A stretch of DNA of 64,000 nucleotides, taken from an uncultured Collinsella sp. GTDB taxonomy: Bacteria; Actinomycetota; Coriobacteriia; Coriobacteriales; Coriobacteriaceae. Shown here piece by piece: positions 28,013 through 36,541 of this stretch. A model generated the notes under the pieces. The model searched no databases and had not been told where the DNA came from. It saw only the letters and a list, made by a program, of their open reading frames with translations. The position numbers were made by a program, and so were the translations under genes. Numbering within the stretch: position 1 is the first letter of the stretch; each line of letters begins with the position of its first letter. The DNA is taken from contig CAJLPX010000006.1 of assembly GCA_905208635.1 (NCBI GenBank), forward strand, positions 20,499-84,498, in the 5' to 3' direction.

Positions 28013-29519
28013 CTTGTTCGTTGCGTTCGCGCGCGGTGGCGCCGGCAGTAAAGCTTAATCCCTTGACGAGCGCGTTCTTGCCGTACTTGCCTTTCACGGC
28101 CAGGACGGTGCGCGCCAGGTCGCGCTCGCGCTCATCGGCCTCGATATCGCTGAACAGATCGATGGTGGCAAATTCCTCGGGCATGAGGTTGCCAAATCCC
28201 AGGTTGATGCGCTTGACCGGTCGTTTGGGATCGACAGTCTGCGCCCAGAGCTCATCGAAATAGCCCATGATCTTCTTAAACGAATTGGTACGCTCGGGCA
28301 GCTTTCGCGAGGCGTTAGAGTGCGCAAAGAGTGCGGTATAGCCACCACGCGGTTTGCCGCCATGCTCTCCCACAAAGATGCCATCGATTGCCTGCGCTTC
28401 GCGCACCAGGCGACGCCGTTCGTCATCGCGCTGGACGGGCTTGGGCGCACGGGGCGCGAGCTCGGGGCCGGCGGTTGCGGTGGGTTCGATACTCGATGTG
28501 CTCGAGCGCAGGTGCCCGCATCCGTCCACATACTGCGCTGTACCGCTGGCGTCGAGGCGGCGTATGTCGGCGCGCTCGCTCGCATAACCCACAAAGAGCG
28601 AGATGCTGTCGCAGACCACGTGCTTATCGACCAAGTCTAAAACGGCGTTGTCGACCATCTCGCGCAAGACGGTATAGGCCTGTTCGTAGGCATAACCCTT
28701 CGAGAGCACCTGTCCTGTGGTGGTCGAAGTTGCTTGCGGGCGATAGGCTTGGATATCGGCGATGGTTGTCGGCTCGCGCCCGAAGGCATGGTCGATGAGA
28801 TATTCGGCATTGACGCCGAGCTCGTCGTAAAGCAGGTTTTCGTCGAGCGCCGCGACGCCCATCAGATCGTAGACGCCGTATTTCTCGAGGCGGGCTGCCA
28901 CGCCGGGACCGATGCCCCAGATATCGGTGATGGGACGATGGGGCCAGATCTCCTTGCGAAAGGTCTCGTCGTCGAGTATGCCGATGCGGCTGGGTACGTG
29001 CTTGGCGGTAATGTCGAGCGCTACCTTGGCCTGGAATAGGTTGGGGCCGATGCCGACCGTCGCCGTGATGCCGGTGCGCGCGAGGACCTCGTCGCGCAGC
29101 GTGCAGGCGAACCCTTCCGCATCTGTGTGATAGAGGTCCAGATAGGGCGTCACGTCGATAAAGCACTCATCGATGGAGTAGACGTGCACGTCCTGGGGGC
29201 TGACGTATTCCAGATAGATACCGTAGATTTTCGCCGACACCTCCATGTAATGCTGCATGCGCGGTACGGCCGTGATGTAGTCGATGCCATCGGGAATTTC
29301 GAACAGACGGCAGCGATTGTGTATCCCGAGGTCCTTCATAGCCTGTGTGATGGCGAGGCAGATGGTCGTGCGCCCGCGCGATTCGTCGGCAACGACCAGG
29401 CACGTAGTGAGTGGGTCGAGTCCGCGGTCGACGCACTCGACACTGGCGTAAAACGTCTTAAGGTCGATGCAGATATAGGTGTGACGCTCGTGCCCCACGC
29501 GCCCTCCCATCAAACACAT
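27993..29519 (-). CDS. Y-family (UmuC/DinB/UvrX-like) translesion DNA polymerase
   Basis: YICIDLKTFYASVECV, LVVADESR.., SIDECFIDVT catalytic blocks. The start is placed at ATG 29519 (or 29510). The track start at 29570 coincides with the -35 of the predicted promoter. Confidence 0.9.
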   Translation of the reverse strand: MCLMGGRVGHERHTYICIDLKTFYASVECVDRGLDPLTTCLVVADESRGRTTICLAITQAMKDLGIHNRCRLFEIPDGIDYITAVPRMQHYMEVSAKIYGIYLEYVSPQDVHVYSIDECFIDVTPYLDLYHTDAEGFACTLRDEVLARTGITATVGIGPNLFQAKVALDITAKHVPSRIGILDDETFRKEIWPHRPITDIWGIGPGVAARLEKYGVYDLMGVAALDENLLYDELGVNAEYLIDHAFGREPTTIADIQAYRPQATSTTTGQVLSKGYAYEQAYTVLREMVDNAVLDLVDKHVVCDSISLFVGYASERADIRRLDASGTAQYVDGCGHLRSSTSSIEPTATAGPELAPRAPKPVQRDDERRRLVREAQAIDGIFVGEHGGKPRGGYTALFAHSNASRKLPERTNSFKKIMGYFDELWAQTVDPKRPVKRINLGFGNLMPEEFATIDLFSDIEADERERDLARTVLAVKGKYGKNALVKGLSFTAGATARERNEQVGGHRA

Positions 29520-29526
29520 GTTCTTA

Positions 29527-29542
29527 TCGAATACCTGTTCGA
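29527..29542 (-). promoter_or_regulatory. LexA (SOS) box
   Basis: TCGAATACCTGTTCGA matches the actinobacterial and Gram-positive consensus TCGAAC-N4-GTTCGA at 11/12 specified positions. It overlaps the -10. Confidence 0.65.
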
Positions 29543-29570
29543 TAATACCTGCTCGACCGGACACCGTCAA
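29542..29570 (-). promoter_or_regulatory. Promoter of the Y-family polymerase / yolD operon
   Basis: On the minus strand: TTGACG (29570-29565), 17 nt, TATTAT (29547-29542). Confidence 0.5.
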
Positions 29571-29592
29571 AACCTGCCCCTTTTTGGCAGGT
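29571..29592 (+). repeat. 22-bp repeat AACCTGYCCCTTTTTGGYMGGT, copy 1
   Basis: 19/22 identical to 30305-30326 in the same orientation. This copy is itself a hairpin (ACCTGCC/GGCAGGT). Confidence 0.7.
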
Positions 29593-29720
29593 ATGGTCGT
29601 GCGGTTGCATCGGGTTTTTAACGCAGCTCTAAAGAGCGCGAAACAGCTCGGAAAACCTCGCTTCGTAGCATGAGCCTAACGATTGATACCGCCTATACGC
29701 ACGGAAGGGTTGTGGGGATA

Positions 29721-30245
29721 ATGGTCAACTATGGGTTTGGTATGCCGACGCGCTTGGTTGCGGATGGGGATGTGGCTCGCTGGTGCGGGCGATTGGTTGC
29801 CCACTATGGCGGCACCAAGGCACTGGTCGTGCTGGGAGGCGACAAGCACACGCGTGATGAGCTCGTTTCGGCGGCGCTGGGCTCGCTCGATCGCGCCCTG
29901 CTCGAGCGCGTGCTTTTCCGCTGCGGTTTGGTCGGGGGCGACGGGGGAGACGAGCTGATCGACGAAGCCGTGGCCTTGGCGACCGACGAAGGCGTGGACT
30001 TTGTCCTGGCGATCGGCGATGCCGATACGGCCGGCTTTGCGCGCGAGCTCGCCCGTCGTATGGAGGCGCTCGATGCCGGTGAGGACGGCTTTGTGCCTTA
30101 TGGATGCATCGTCTCCGAGGGAAAAGTGCCCGCCGTTGTGGGTGCCGGCGAGGTTCCCGTTTTCGCCATCATCGCGCCCGAACTGCTGGAGGGCATCGGG
30201 TCTCCTCTGCGTGAGTTACTCGGTAGCGTCTGCGCCGCGGCCTAA
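29721..30245 (+). CDS. Truncated, degenerate iron-containing alcohol dehydrogenase N-terminal-domain-like protein
   Basis: YGFGMPTRLV..G..ALVVLGG...VDFVLAIGDADT follows the Fe-ADH N-domain pattern, but the GGGS loop is replaced and the metal-binding C-domain is absent. Confidence 0.4.
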   Translation: MVNYGFGMPTRLVADGDVARWCGRLVAHYGGTKALVVLGGDKHTRDELVSAALGSLDRALLERVLFRCGLVGGDGGDELIDEAVALATDEGVDFVLAIGDADTAGFARELARRMEALDAGEDGFVPYGCIVSEGKVPAVVGAGEVPVFAIIAPELLEGIGSPLRELLGSVCAAA

Positions 30246-30304
30246 TATTTGCCATAAAGGGATAGGTCATTTTTGATTGGTAAAGCGTTTGACCTGCCAA
30301 AATA

Positions 30305-30326
30305 AACCTGTCCCTTTTTGGTCGGT
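30305..30326 (+). repeat. 22-bp repeat AACCTGYCCCTTTTTGGYMGGT, copy 2
   Basis: See 29571-29592. The two copies bracket the Fe-ADH-like gene. Confidence 0.7.
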
Positions 30327-30444
30327 TGCCGTTTGGGGGCCGATTGGCAACGCTCGCTGATTATAGTCTTGACCTGCGCTAGAATAGTGGCATCTGAATG
30401 TCCGGGCGCATGGAGGCGTGTGCCCGTATGCTGAGGAGGACTCT

Positions 30445-32139
30445 ATGGCAACTGTTGCCGCACCTATCGATGCTACGTCGACTGCCGCTTGGAAGGCGCT
30501 CGAGGCCCATCAGGAGAAGCTCGAGGCCGAGGGTATCGACCTCAAGGCCTGGTTCGCCGCCGATGCCGAGCGCGTGAACAAGCTGAGCTTTGACGCCGGT
30601 GACCTGCACTTCGACCTGTCCAAGAACCTGGTGACCGATGAGACCGTCAAGCTGCTGTGCGATCTTGCCCGCGAGGTGAAGCTCGAGGAGCGCCGCGACG
30701 CCATGTTCTCCGGCGAGCACATCAACACCACCGAGGACCGCGCCGTCCTGCATACCGCGCTGCGCCGTCCGGCAAGCGAGAAGGGCCAGCTTATCGTCGA
30801 CGGCCAGGACGTCGTCGCCGACGTGCACGAGGTCCTCGATCGCATGTATGCCTTCGCCGAGCGCGTGCGCTCCGGTGAGTGGAAGGGCGTTACCGGCAAA
30901 AAGATCGAGCACCTGGTGTCCATCGGCATCGGCGGCTCCGATCTGGGCCCGGTCATGGCTTACGAGGCCCTGCGTCCCTATGCCGACGCCGGTATCGATT
31001 GCCGCTATATCTCCAACATCGATCCCAACGACCAGGCCGAGAAGCTCAAGGGTCTGGATCCCGAGACCACGCTCGTGATTATCGTCTCCAAGACCTTCAC
31101 CACGCTCGAGACCCTCACCAACGCCCGCGAGGTCAAGACCTGGATGCTCGAGCAGCTCAAGGCTCAGGGCGCCATCGATGGCTCCGATGAGCAGAACGCC
31201 GAGGCCGTGGCAAAGCACTTCGTTGCCGTTTCCACCGCGCTCGAAAAGGTCGAGGCCTTCGGTATCGACCCCGCCAACGCCTTCGGTTTTTGGAACTGGG
31301 TCGGCGGCCGCTATTCCGTCGACTCCGCCGTGGGTCTGTCGCTGATCGTCGTGCTCGGCCCCGAGCGCTTCCAGCAGTTCCTCGAGGGCTTCCACGCCAT
31401 CGACGAGTACTTCTGCAACACGCCGCTCGAGAACAACGCCGTCGCGCTGATGGGTCTGCTCAACGTCTGGTACGTCAACTTCTTCGGTTCCAAGAGCCAC
31501 GCCGTGCTGCCGTACTGCCAGTACCTGCATCGTTTCCCGGCCTACCTGCAGCAGCTCACCATGGAGTCCAACGGCAAGCATGTCCGCTGGGACGGCAGCG
31601 CCGTGACCTCCGACACCGGTGAGATCTTCTGGGGCGAGCCCGGCACCAACGGCCAGCACGCCTTCTACCAGCTGCTGCACCAGGGCACCGTGGTGGTTCC
31701 GGCCGATTTCATCGCCTTCGCCAATACCGCCAACCCTGCGACCGACAGCGGCCAGGACGTGCACGAGCTGTTCCTGGGCAACTTCCTGGCCCAGACCAAG
31801 GCACTCGCCTTTGGCAAGACAGCCGACGAGGTTCGTGCCGAGGGCACGCCCGAACAGATCGTCCCGGCTCGTTGCTTTGAGGGCAACCGCCCGACGACCT
31901 CGATCTTCGGTGACACGCTGACCCCGTTCGCGCTTGGCGAGCTCATCGCCCTGTACGAGCACATTACGTTTGTCGAGGGCACGGTCTGGGGCATCGACTC
32001 CTACGACCAGTGGGGCGTCGAGCTGGGCAAGCAGCTTGCCAAGCAGATCACCCCGGCCTTCCACGACGACGCCGCCAAGGCCGAGCAGGACGCTTCGACC
32101 CAGGCGCTCATCGAGTTCTATCGCGCTCATCGCAAGTAG
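30445..32139 (+). CDS. pgi: Glucose-6-phosphate isomerase
   Basis: PGI signatures: [19 protein letters not shown], ..[17 protein letters not shown] 30445 sits behind GAGGAGGA. Confidence 0.95.
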   Translation: MATVAAPIDATSTAAWKALEAHQEKLEAEGIDLKAWFAADAERVNKLSFDAGDLHFDLSKNLVTDETVKLLCDLAREVKLEERRDAMFSGEHINTTEDRAVLHTALRRPASEKGQLIVDGQDVVADVHEVLDRMYAFAERVRSGEWKGVTGKKIEHLVSIGIGGSDLGPVMAYEALRPYADAGIDCRYISNIDPNDQAEKLKGLDPETTLVIIVSKTFTTLETLTNAREVKTWMLEQLKAQGAIDGSDEQNAEAVAKHFVAVSTALEKVEAFGIDPANAFGFWNWVGGRYSVDSAVGLSLIVVLGPERFQQFLEGFHAIDEYFCNTPLENNAVALMGLLNVWYVNFFGSKSHAVLPYCQYLHRFPAYLQQLTMESNGKHVRWDGSAVTSDTGEIFWGEPGTNGQHAFYQLLHQGTVVVPADFIAFANTANPATDSGQDVHELFLGNFLAQTKALAFGKTADEVRAEGTPEQIVPARCFEGNRPTTSIFGDTLTPFALGELIALYEHITFVEGTVWGIDSYDQWGVELGKQLAKQITPAFHDDAAKAEQDASTQALIEFYRAHRK

Positions 32140-32375
32140 TCTTTACGGCTGAGTTGGCTTATGGCTGAAAGGGGCCCGTATCCGTTGGGATACGGGCCCC
32201 TTGCTATTTGGATAGGATGGAATGTATCGGGAGGCGCCTCGACGGGCATCGCAATCGTCGAAGGCGCGCCGTTCATGTTTGGGACAATATGACATTTTTC
32301 CCGTTGCAAACAGCGCCGCCGTGGGTGTTCTGTATGATGGCTCAGACAAGGTTGTTCAATGACAGGGAGGCATAT

Positions 32376-33218
32376 ATGGCAATCAAAGCTATCGCAATGG
32401 ATATCGACGGTACGCTCACCAACGACCAAAAGGTCATCAGCCCGCGTACGCGCGAGAAGCTGCTCGCGACGCAGGAGTCGGGCATTAAGCTCATCTTGGC
32501 TTCGGGCCGTCCCGCATGGGGGTTGCACGCCTTGGCGCAGGAGCTCGACCTTCAAAACCATGACGGTCTGCTAGTTGCCTTTAATGGCGCGCATGTGGTC
32601 GACGCTCAGACCGATGAGGTCCTTTTTGACCAGGCCATGCCGGCTGACGAGCTGCACCGTCTGATTGATCATCTGCGCAATTTCGACGTGATCCCTATGA
32701 TTTCGCTCGGTCGCGATTTGCACGTCGAGGACTCGTACCATTGCATGATCACGCTGCCTGACGGCTCGCAGAAAAACATCGTCAAATACGAGCGCGATGC
32801 CTGCGACCTTAAGATCCGCGAGGTCGAGAGCTTGCATGAGGTCGTGGACACTTATCCCGTAGACAAGCTGCTGACGGCAGGCAACCCGGCCTACCTGCAA
32901 GCGCATTACGAGGAGATGTATGCGCCCTTTAAGCAGACGCTTTCGGGCATGTTTACGGCCGACTGGTACTTTGAGTACACGGCGCCCGGTATCGACAAGG
33001 CCCGTGCGCTTGAGGGTGCCCTGCTCAAGCTCGGCATCGATGCCAGCGAGGTCGTCTCGTTTGGCGACGGCCAGAACGACAAGTCCATGATTGAGTGGGC
33101 CGGCACCGGTGTTGCCATGGGCAACGCCGTCGATGAGGTTAAGGCAGTTGCCCAGATGGTAACCGCCAATAACAACGAAGACGGTATTGCAGTGGCGCTG
33201 GATAAGCTGCTGGGTTAG
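32376..33218 (+). CDS. Cof-type HAD-IIB phosphatase
   Basis: IAMDIDGTLT, SGRP and FGDGQNDKSM motifs. ATG 32376 sits behind AGGGAGG. Confidence 0.85.
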   Translation: MAIKAIAMDIDGTLTNDQKVISPRTREKLLATQESGIKLILASGRPAWGLHALAQELDLQNHDGLLVAFNGAHVVDAQTDEVLFDQAMPADELHRLIDHLRNFDVIPMISLGRDLHVEDSYHCMITLPDGSQKNIVKYERDACDLKIREVESLHEVVDTYPVDKLLTAGNPAYLQAHYEEMYAPFKQTLSGMFTADWYFEYTAPGIDKARALEGALLKLGIDASEVVSFGDGQNDKSMIEWAGTGVAMGNAVDEVKAVAQMVTANNNEDGIAVALDKLLG

Positions 33219-33241
33219 AATCGCCGATTAATGCATGGTTT

Positions 33242-33267
33242 GGGCGCCTGCTTGCGGGCGCCCTTTT
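33242..33267 (+). terminator. Terminator after the Cof phosphatase gene
   Basis: GGGCGCC/GGCGCCC stem followed by TTTT. It lies upstream of the GTG start chosen for the next gene. Confidence 0.55.
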
Positions 33268-33282
33268 GTTAGGGAGGGTGCC

Positions 33283-33942
33283 GTGTCCGCATTTCCGTTC
33301 GACGCCGTTATCTTTGACATGGACGGTGTCATTGTCGATACCGAGTATTACTACCTGGGCGAGACTGCCGCGTTTGCCAAGGAGCTTGGGCTTAACCTGA
33401 CTCAAGAGGAGTTGAATGGGCAAGTCGGTACCTCGCATCAGTTCTTCCTGCATATGCTGGTCGATTGGTTTGAGCGCGCCGGTAAGGGGCATTTCACTGG
33501 CGAGGAAGCGTTGGCCCGTTGGGACGAGTGGGCGCATAAGCGTCCGCGCGACTATCAGGCTTTGATTAACCCAGGCGCCGTGGATACGATTCGAGAGCTG
33601 CCGCGCCGTGGCGTTCGCGTGGCGCTTGCCAGCTCGTCTCCCATGGATAGCATCGAGGAAGTGCTCAACGCGTGCGGGCTGTCGGATGCCTTTGAGTATG
33701 TGGTGAGCGGCGAGCAGTTTAAGGAGAGTAAGCCCGAGCCCGACATCTACCTGCATGCGCTGGACCTGCTGGGGCTGCCCGCGAATCGCTGCTGCTGCGT
33801 TGAGGATTCGGTGCCTGGCATCACTGCCGGCAAGCGAGCCGGCCTGACAGTCATTGCCAAGCGCGAGGAGCGCTTTGGCTTTAGCCAGGATGCCGCGGAC
33901 AAGATTATCGACCAGCTGCCCGAGCTGCTTGAGCTTTCTTAG
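33283..33942 (+). CDS. HAD-IA hydrolase (beta-phosphoglucomutase / sugar-phosphatase-like)
   Basis: VIFDMDGVIVDTE motif I, LASSS motif II, ..VEDSVPGITAGKRAG motif III/IV. GTG 33283 sits behind AGGGAGG. Confidence 0.8.
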   Translation: MSAFPFDAVIFDMDGVIVDTEYYYLGETAAFAKELGLNLTQEELNGQVGTSHQFFLHMLVDWFERAGKGHFTGEEALARWDEWAHKRPRDYQALINPGAVDTIRELPRRGVRVALASSSPMDSIEEVLNACGLSDAFEYVVSGEQFKESKPEPDIYLHALDLLGLPANRCCCVEDSVPGITAGKRAGLTVIAKREERFGFSQDAADKIIDQLPELLELS

Positions 33943-33973
33943 GGGGTCTGTTGGAGGCTCTTTAGGGGTTCGT

Positions 33974-34199
33974 GGACAAAAAATGCCAAATATGAGTACT
34001 GTCACTAATTTAGTAACAGGGAAATTATGCTTTTAAGGCCCTGGTTGAGCGCCTGGGGGCGATTATAACCTGTTAAATATGGCTTTAGCCATGCTAAAAC
34101 GCCTTGATAATGAACAGCTGTACATTATCAAGGCGTTCTTTTGTCACAATATAATGCTACTAGCTTTGCAGCAGTACTCATATTTGGCGTTTTTTGCCC
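33974..34199. mobile_element. MITE-like AT-rich element with 28-bp terminal inverted repeats
   Basis: GGACAAAAAATGCCAAATATGAGTACTG (33974-34001) and its complement at 34172-34199 match at 26/28. The interior is AT-rich and non-coding, with a 15-bp hairpin at 34098-34137. Confidence 0.55.
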
Positions 34200-34206
34200 A
34201 CCGGGG

Positions 34207-34989
34207 TCAGTTGAAGTCAAATATGGAGTGCGAATTTCCTAAAACGGTTGATTCGACGCTCTCCTCGGCGCAGGTTTTAAGTTCGGCGATGTGCAGGGAG
34301 GCGCTTTTTAGCGATGTGATGAGCTGTCGCGCGCTTGCATCTGCTTGCGGTTCGGCTGGAGCGTCGGTTTCGAGCAGTAGACGGTCGAGTGGAATCTGTC
34401 GGGCGTATTCACGACCGCGCTTGGTAGCGAGCATCCGCTCGTTCACGGAAAAATAGCAGCCTGCGTTTCGCGTACGGACGAACTCGTTCGAGGTGCCGCT
34501 AAACCAGTGAAAGATGATGGCGGGGGAGTTGGGGCTTGGGGTGAGTAATCCATATGACTCAAGGGCGTCCAGTACGGTTCCTGCTGAACGAACAGCGTGA
34601 ATTGATATCACGCGCCCGGCGAGAGGGTGCTGCACGAGTGCATCGCAGAGACGGTCAAGTGCCTGTATTTGAAGCGGTTCGCTTCCGGCAAAGCGCGCAG
34701 AAAAGTCGAGTCCTACCTCGCCGATATAGCGCTCTTGGTCAGCAACTTCGCAAAGCAGATTGACTTCGGCAGGACCGCAGCGGCCGTCGGCGAGCCACCA
34801 GGGATGGAGGCCGGCGCCCGCGATAATGTTTGGGTATCGGCTGGCCCGCTTTTTTGCTGCCGCGAAGTCGCGTGGGTCGACCCCGCAGTCAAAGAGCCCC
34901 AGACCCAACGCCGCCGACTCACTGGCTGCAGCATCGGGGCTGAGCATCAAATCAAGATGACAATGCGTGTCAAAGAATCGCGGTTCCAT
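34207..34989 (-). CDS. TatD-family metal-dependent hydrolase / DNase
   Basis: FFDTHCHLD at the N-terminus, plus IGEVGLD, HAVRS.. and LETDAP blocks. Start ATG 34989. Confidence 0.85.
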   Translation of the reverse strand: MEPRFFDTHCHLDLMLSPDAAASESAALGLGLFDCGVDPRDFAAAKKRASRYPNIIAGAGLHPWWLADGRCGPAEVNLLCEVADQERYIGEVGLDFSARFAGSEPLQIQALDRLCDALVQHPLAGRVISIHAVRSAGTVLDALESYGLLTPSPNSPAIIFHWFSGTSNEFVRTRNAGCYFSVNERMLATKRGREYARQIPLDRLLLETDAPAEPQADASARQLITSLKSASLHIAELKTCAEESVESTVLGNSHSIFDFN

Positions 34990-35003
34990 CGCAGGACATC
35001 CTG

Positions 35004-35807
35004 CTAGTCCAAGCGCTGGCCATCGGCGCGCACGCGCTCGCACCCGCGCCCGCTGATCTGGCGGATAACCTCGCCGGCAATCATCTGACCCATGATGGGC
35101 GGCATAAAACTGGCAGTTCCCAGCTCGGTGCGCTCGTGGATGTTGGAAGGGTCGCGGGGTTGGGTTTTAACCGATTCCTCGCAGCTAAACAGCACGTGCA
35201 GGCTCTTGATTCCGCGCTTCTTGCATTCTTTGCGCATAATGCGGCTCATGGGGTCACGTACCGTATCGAAAATGTCGGCAAATCGGAGGCACTCGGGATG
35301 GAGTTTGTTGGCCCCGCCCATGGAGCTAACCAAACGGATGTCGTGGTCCTGAGCATATTTGGCAATGGTGAGCTTGGCCGAGATGGTGTCGATGGCGTCG
35401 ATGACGTAGTCAAGTTTGCCGTCCGTCTGCTCCAAAACGCTCGCGAAAAACTCGTCGATGTTGTCGCTCAGCAGGTATTCGGTACGCTTGATGACGGTAG
35501 CGGCTGGATTGATGTCGTGGATCATGGCTTCCATAACATCGATCTTGCGCTTGCCGATGGTGCTGTGAAAGGCGATGGCCTGGCGATTGATATTGCTGGG
35601 CGCGATGATGTCCTTGTCCAGAATGACGAAATGACCGATGCCGCCGCGGGCGAGTGCCTCGCAGCAATTGGAGCCCACGCCACCGCAGCCGAGCACCAGC
35701 ACTGTGGAGTTGGCGAGCTTATCGAGTGCCTCGCGGCCCATGATGATCTCGAGCTTGGTGTCGCGTGTCTCGTTGGGAGTTGCGGCTGCGGTTTCGGTCA
35801 TAGACAT
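35004..35807 (-). CDS. tcdA: ThiF/MoeB-fold tRNA threonylcarbamoyladenosine dehydratase
   Basis: VLVLGCGGVGSNCCEALARGGIGHFVILDKDIIAPSNINRQ. Size and C-terminal region are typical of TcdA/CsdL. Confidence 0.75.
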   Translation of the reverse strand: MSMTETAAATPNETRDTKLEIIMGREALDKLANSTVLVLGCGGVGSNCCEALARGGIGHFVILDKDIIAPSNINRQAIAFHSTIGKRKIDVMEAMIHDINPAATVIKRTEYLLSDNIDEFFASVLEQTDGKLDYVIDAIDTISAKLTIAKYAQDHDIRLVSSMGGANKLHPECLRFADIFDTVRDPMSRIMRKECKKRGIKSLHVLFSCEESVKTQPRDPSNIHERTELGTASFMPPIMGQMIAGEVIRQISGRGCERVRADGQRLD

Positions 35808-36008
35808 CCTCCGATGGGGAAGCGAATCGTGTTTTAGCTATCGCCATTATAGGTATTATCGCGATTCCATTTGAGCCCTAGGGGCTTGTTGAAATGAGGC
35901 AGTGATTCGCATAAGATGAAGCAGATGGCACCCGTTGCAGCGGGTTGGCCAACTCCCAAACACGTTTGTAGCGTGAGAAGTGGCCGTCTTCGCATTACGC
36001 GGGGGCGG

Positions 36009-36095
36009 CTATTTCATTCGACCTCCAATGTGGATGCCGAGCTCCACAGCCGCGATTACAAGCAACAACAACGTCAGGACATCGTTAATACTCAT
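36009..36095 (-). CDS. 28-aa hydrophobic peptide, holin-like / type I toxin-like
   Basis: MSINDVLTLLLLVIAAVELGIHIGGRMK. AAGGAGA lies 6 nt upstream of ATG 36095. It is the 3' part of the 65-aa track ORF. Confidence 0.4.
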   Translation of the reverse strand: MSINDVLTLLLLVIAAVELGIHIGGRMK

Positions 36096-36262
36096 AGTCC
36101 ATCTCCTTCTTGGGAAGAGGGAGCTGGCCCATCTGCTTCTGGACCCATTGTATCTAAAAACGAACGAATGTTCTATACATAACATTGCTATTAGATAATT
36201 AGACAAACATCTAAATAACGAGTATAGTGTGCACGTCGCGAGAGATAGCGAGAGGAGGTTCT

Positions 36263-36541
36263 ATGCCGGGAGAAGGTTTTAAGGCGCTGGCGGATCCAAC
36301 GCGACGGCGCATTTTGGAGTTGCTGCGCGAGGGCAATTGCACGGCGGGGGAGCTTGCCGAGCATTTCGATATCAGTAAGCCGTCGCTGAGCCATCACTTG
36401 GCGACGCTCAAAAACGCCGGGTTGGTGACCGATGAACGTCATGGCCAAAACATCGTTTACAGCTTAAACACCACCGTCATGCAGGACTTGATCGGTTGGT
36501 TTATGGGCTTTACAAACACGGAAGGTGATAAGGATGAATAA
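36263..36541 (+). CDS. ArsR/SmtB-family regulator (SdpR-like)
   Basis: FKALADPTRRRILELL..CTAGELAEHFDISKPSLSHHLATLKNAGLV. ATG 36263 sits behind AGAGGAGG. Confidence 0.85.
   Translation: MPGEGFKALADPTRRRILELLREGNCTAGELAEHFDISKPSLSHHLATLKNAGLVTDERHGQNIVYSLNTTVMQDLIGWFMGFTNTEGDKDE

Noticed and set aside
30379-32130. 583-aa minus-strand ORF opposite pgi.
   Set aside because: It is an antisense shadow of pgi, which has canonical PGI signatures. No motifs are present in the antisense product.
36096-36206. The full 65-aa version of ORF 36009-36206.
   Set aside because: The upstream 37 codons have no SD and an odd composition. A strong SD precedes the internal ATG at 36095, so only the 28-aa form was annotated.
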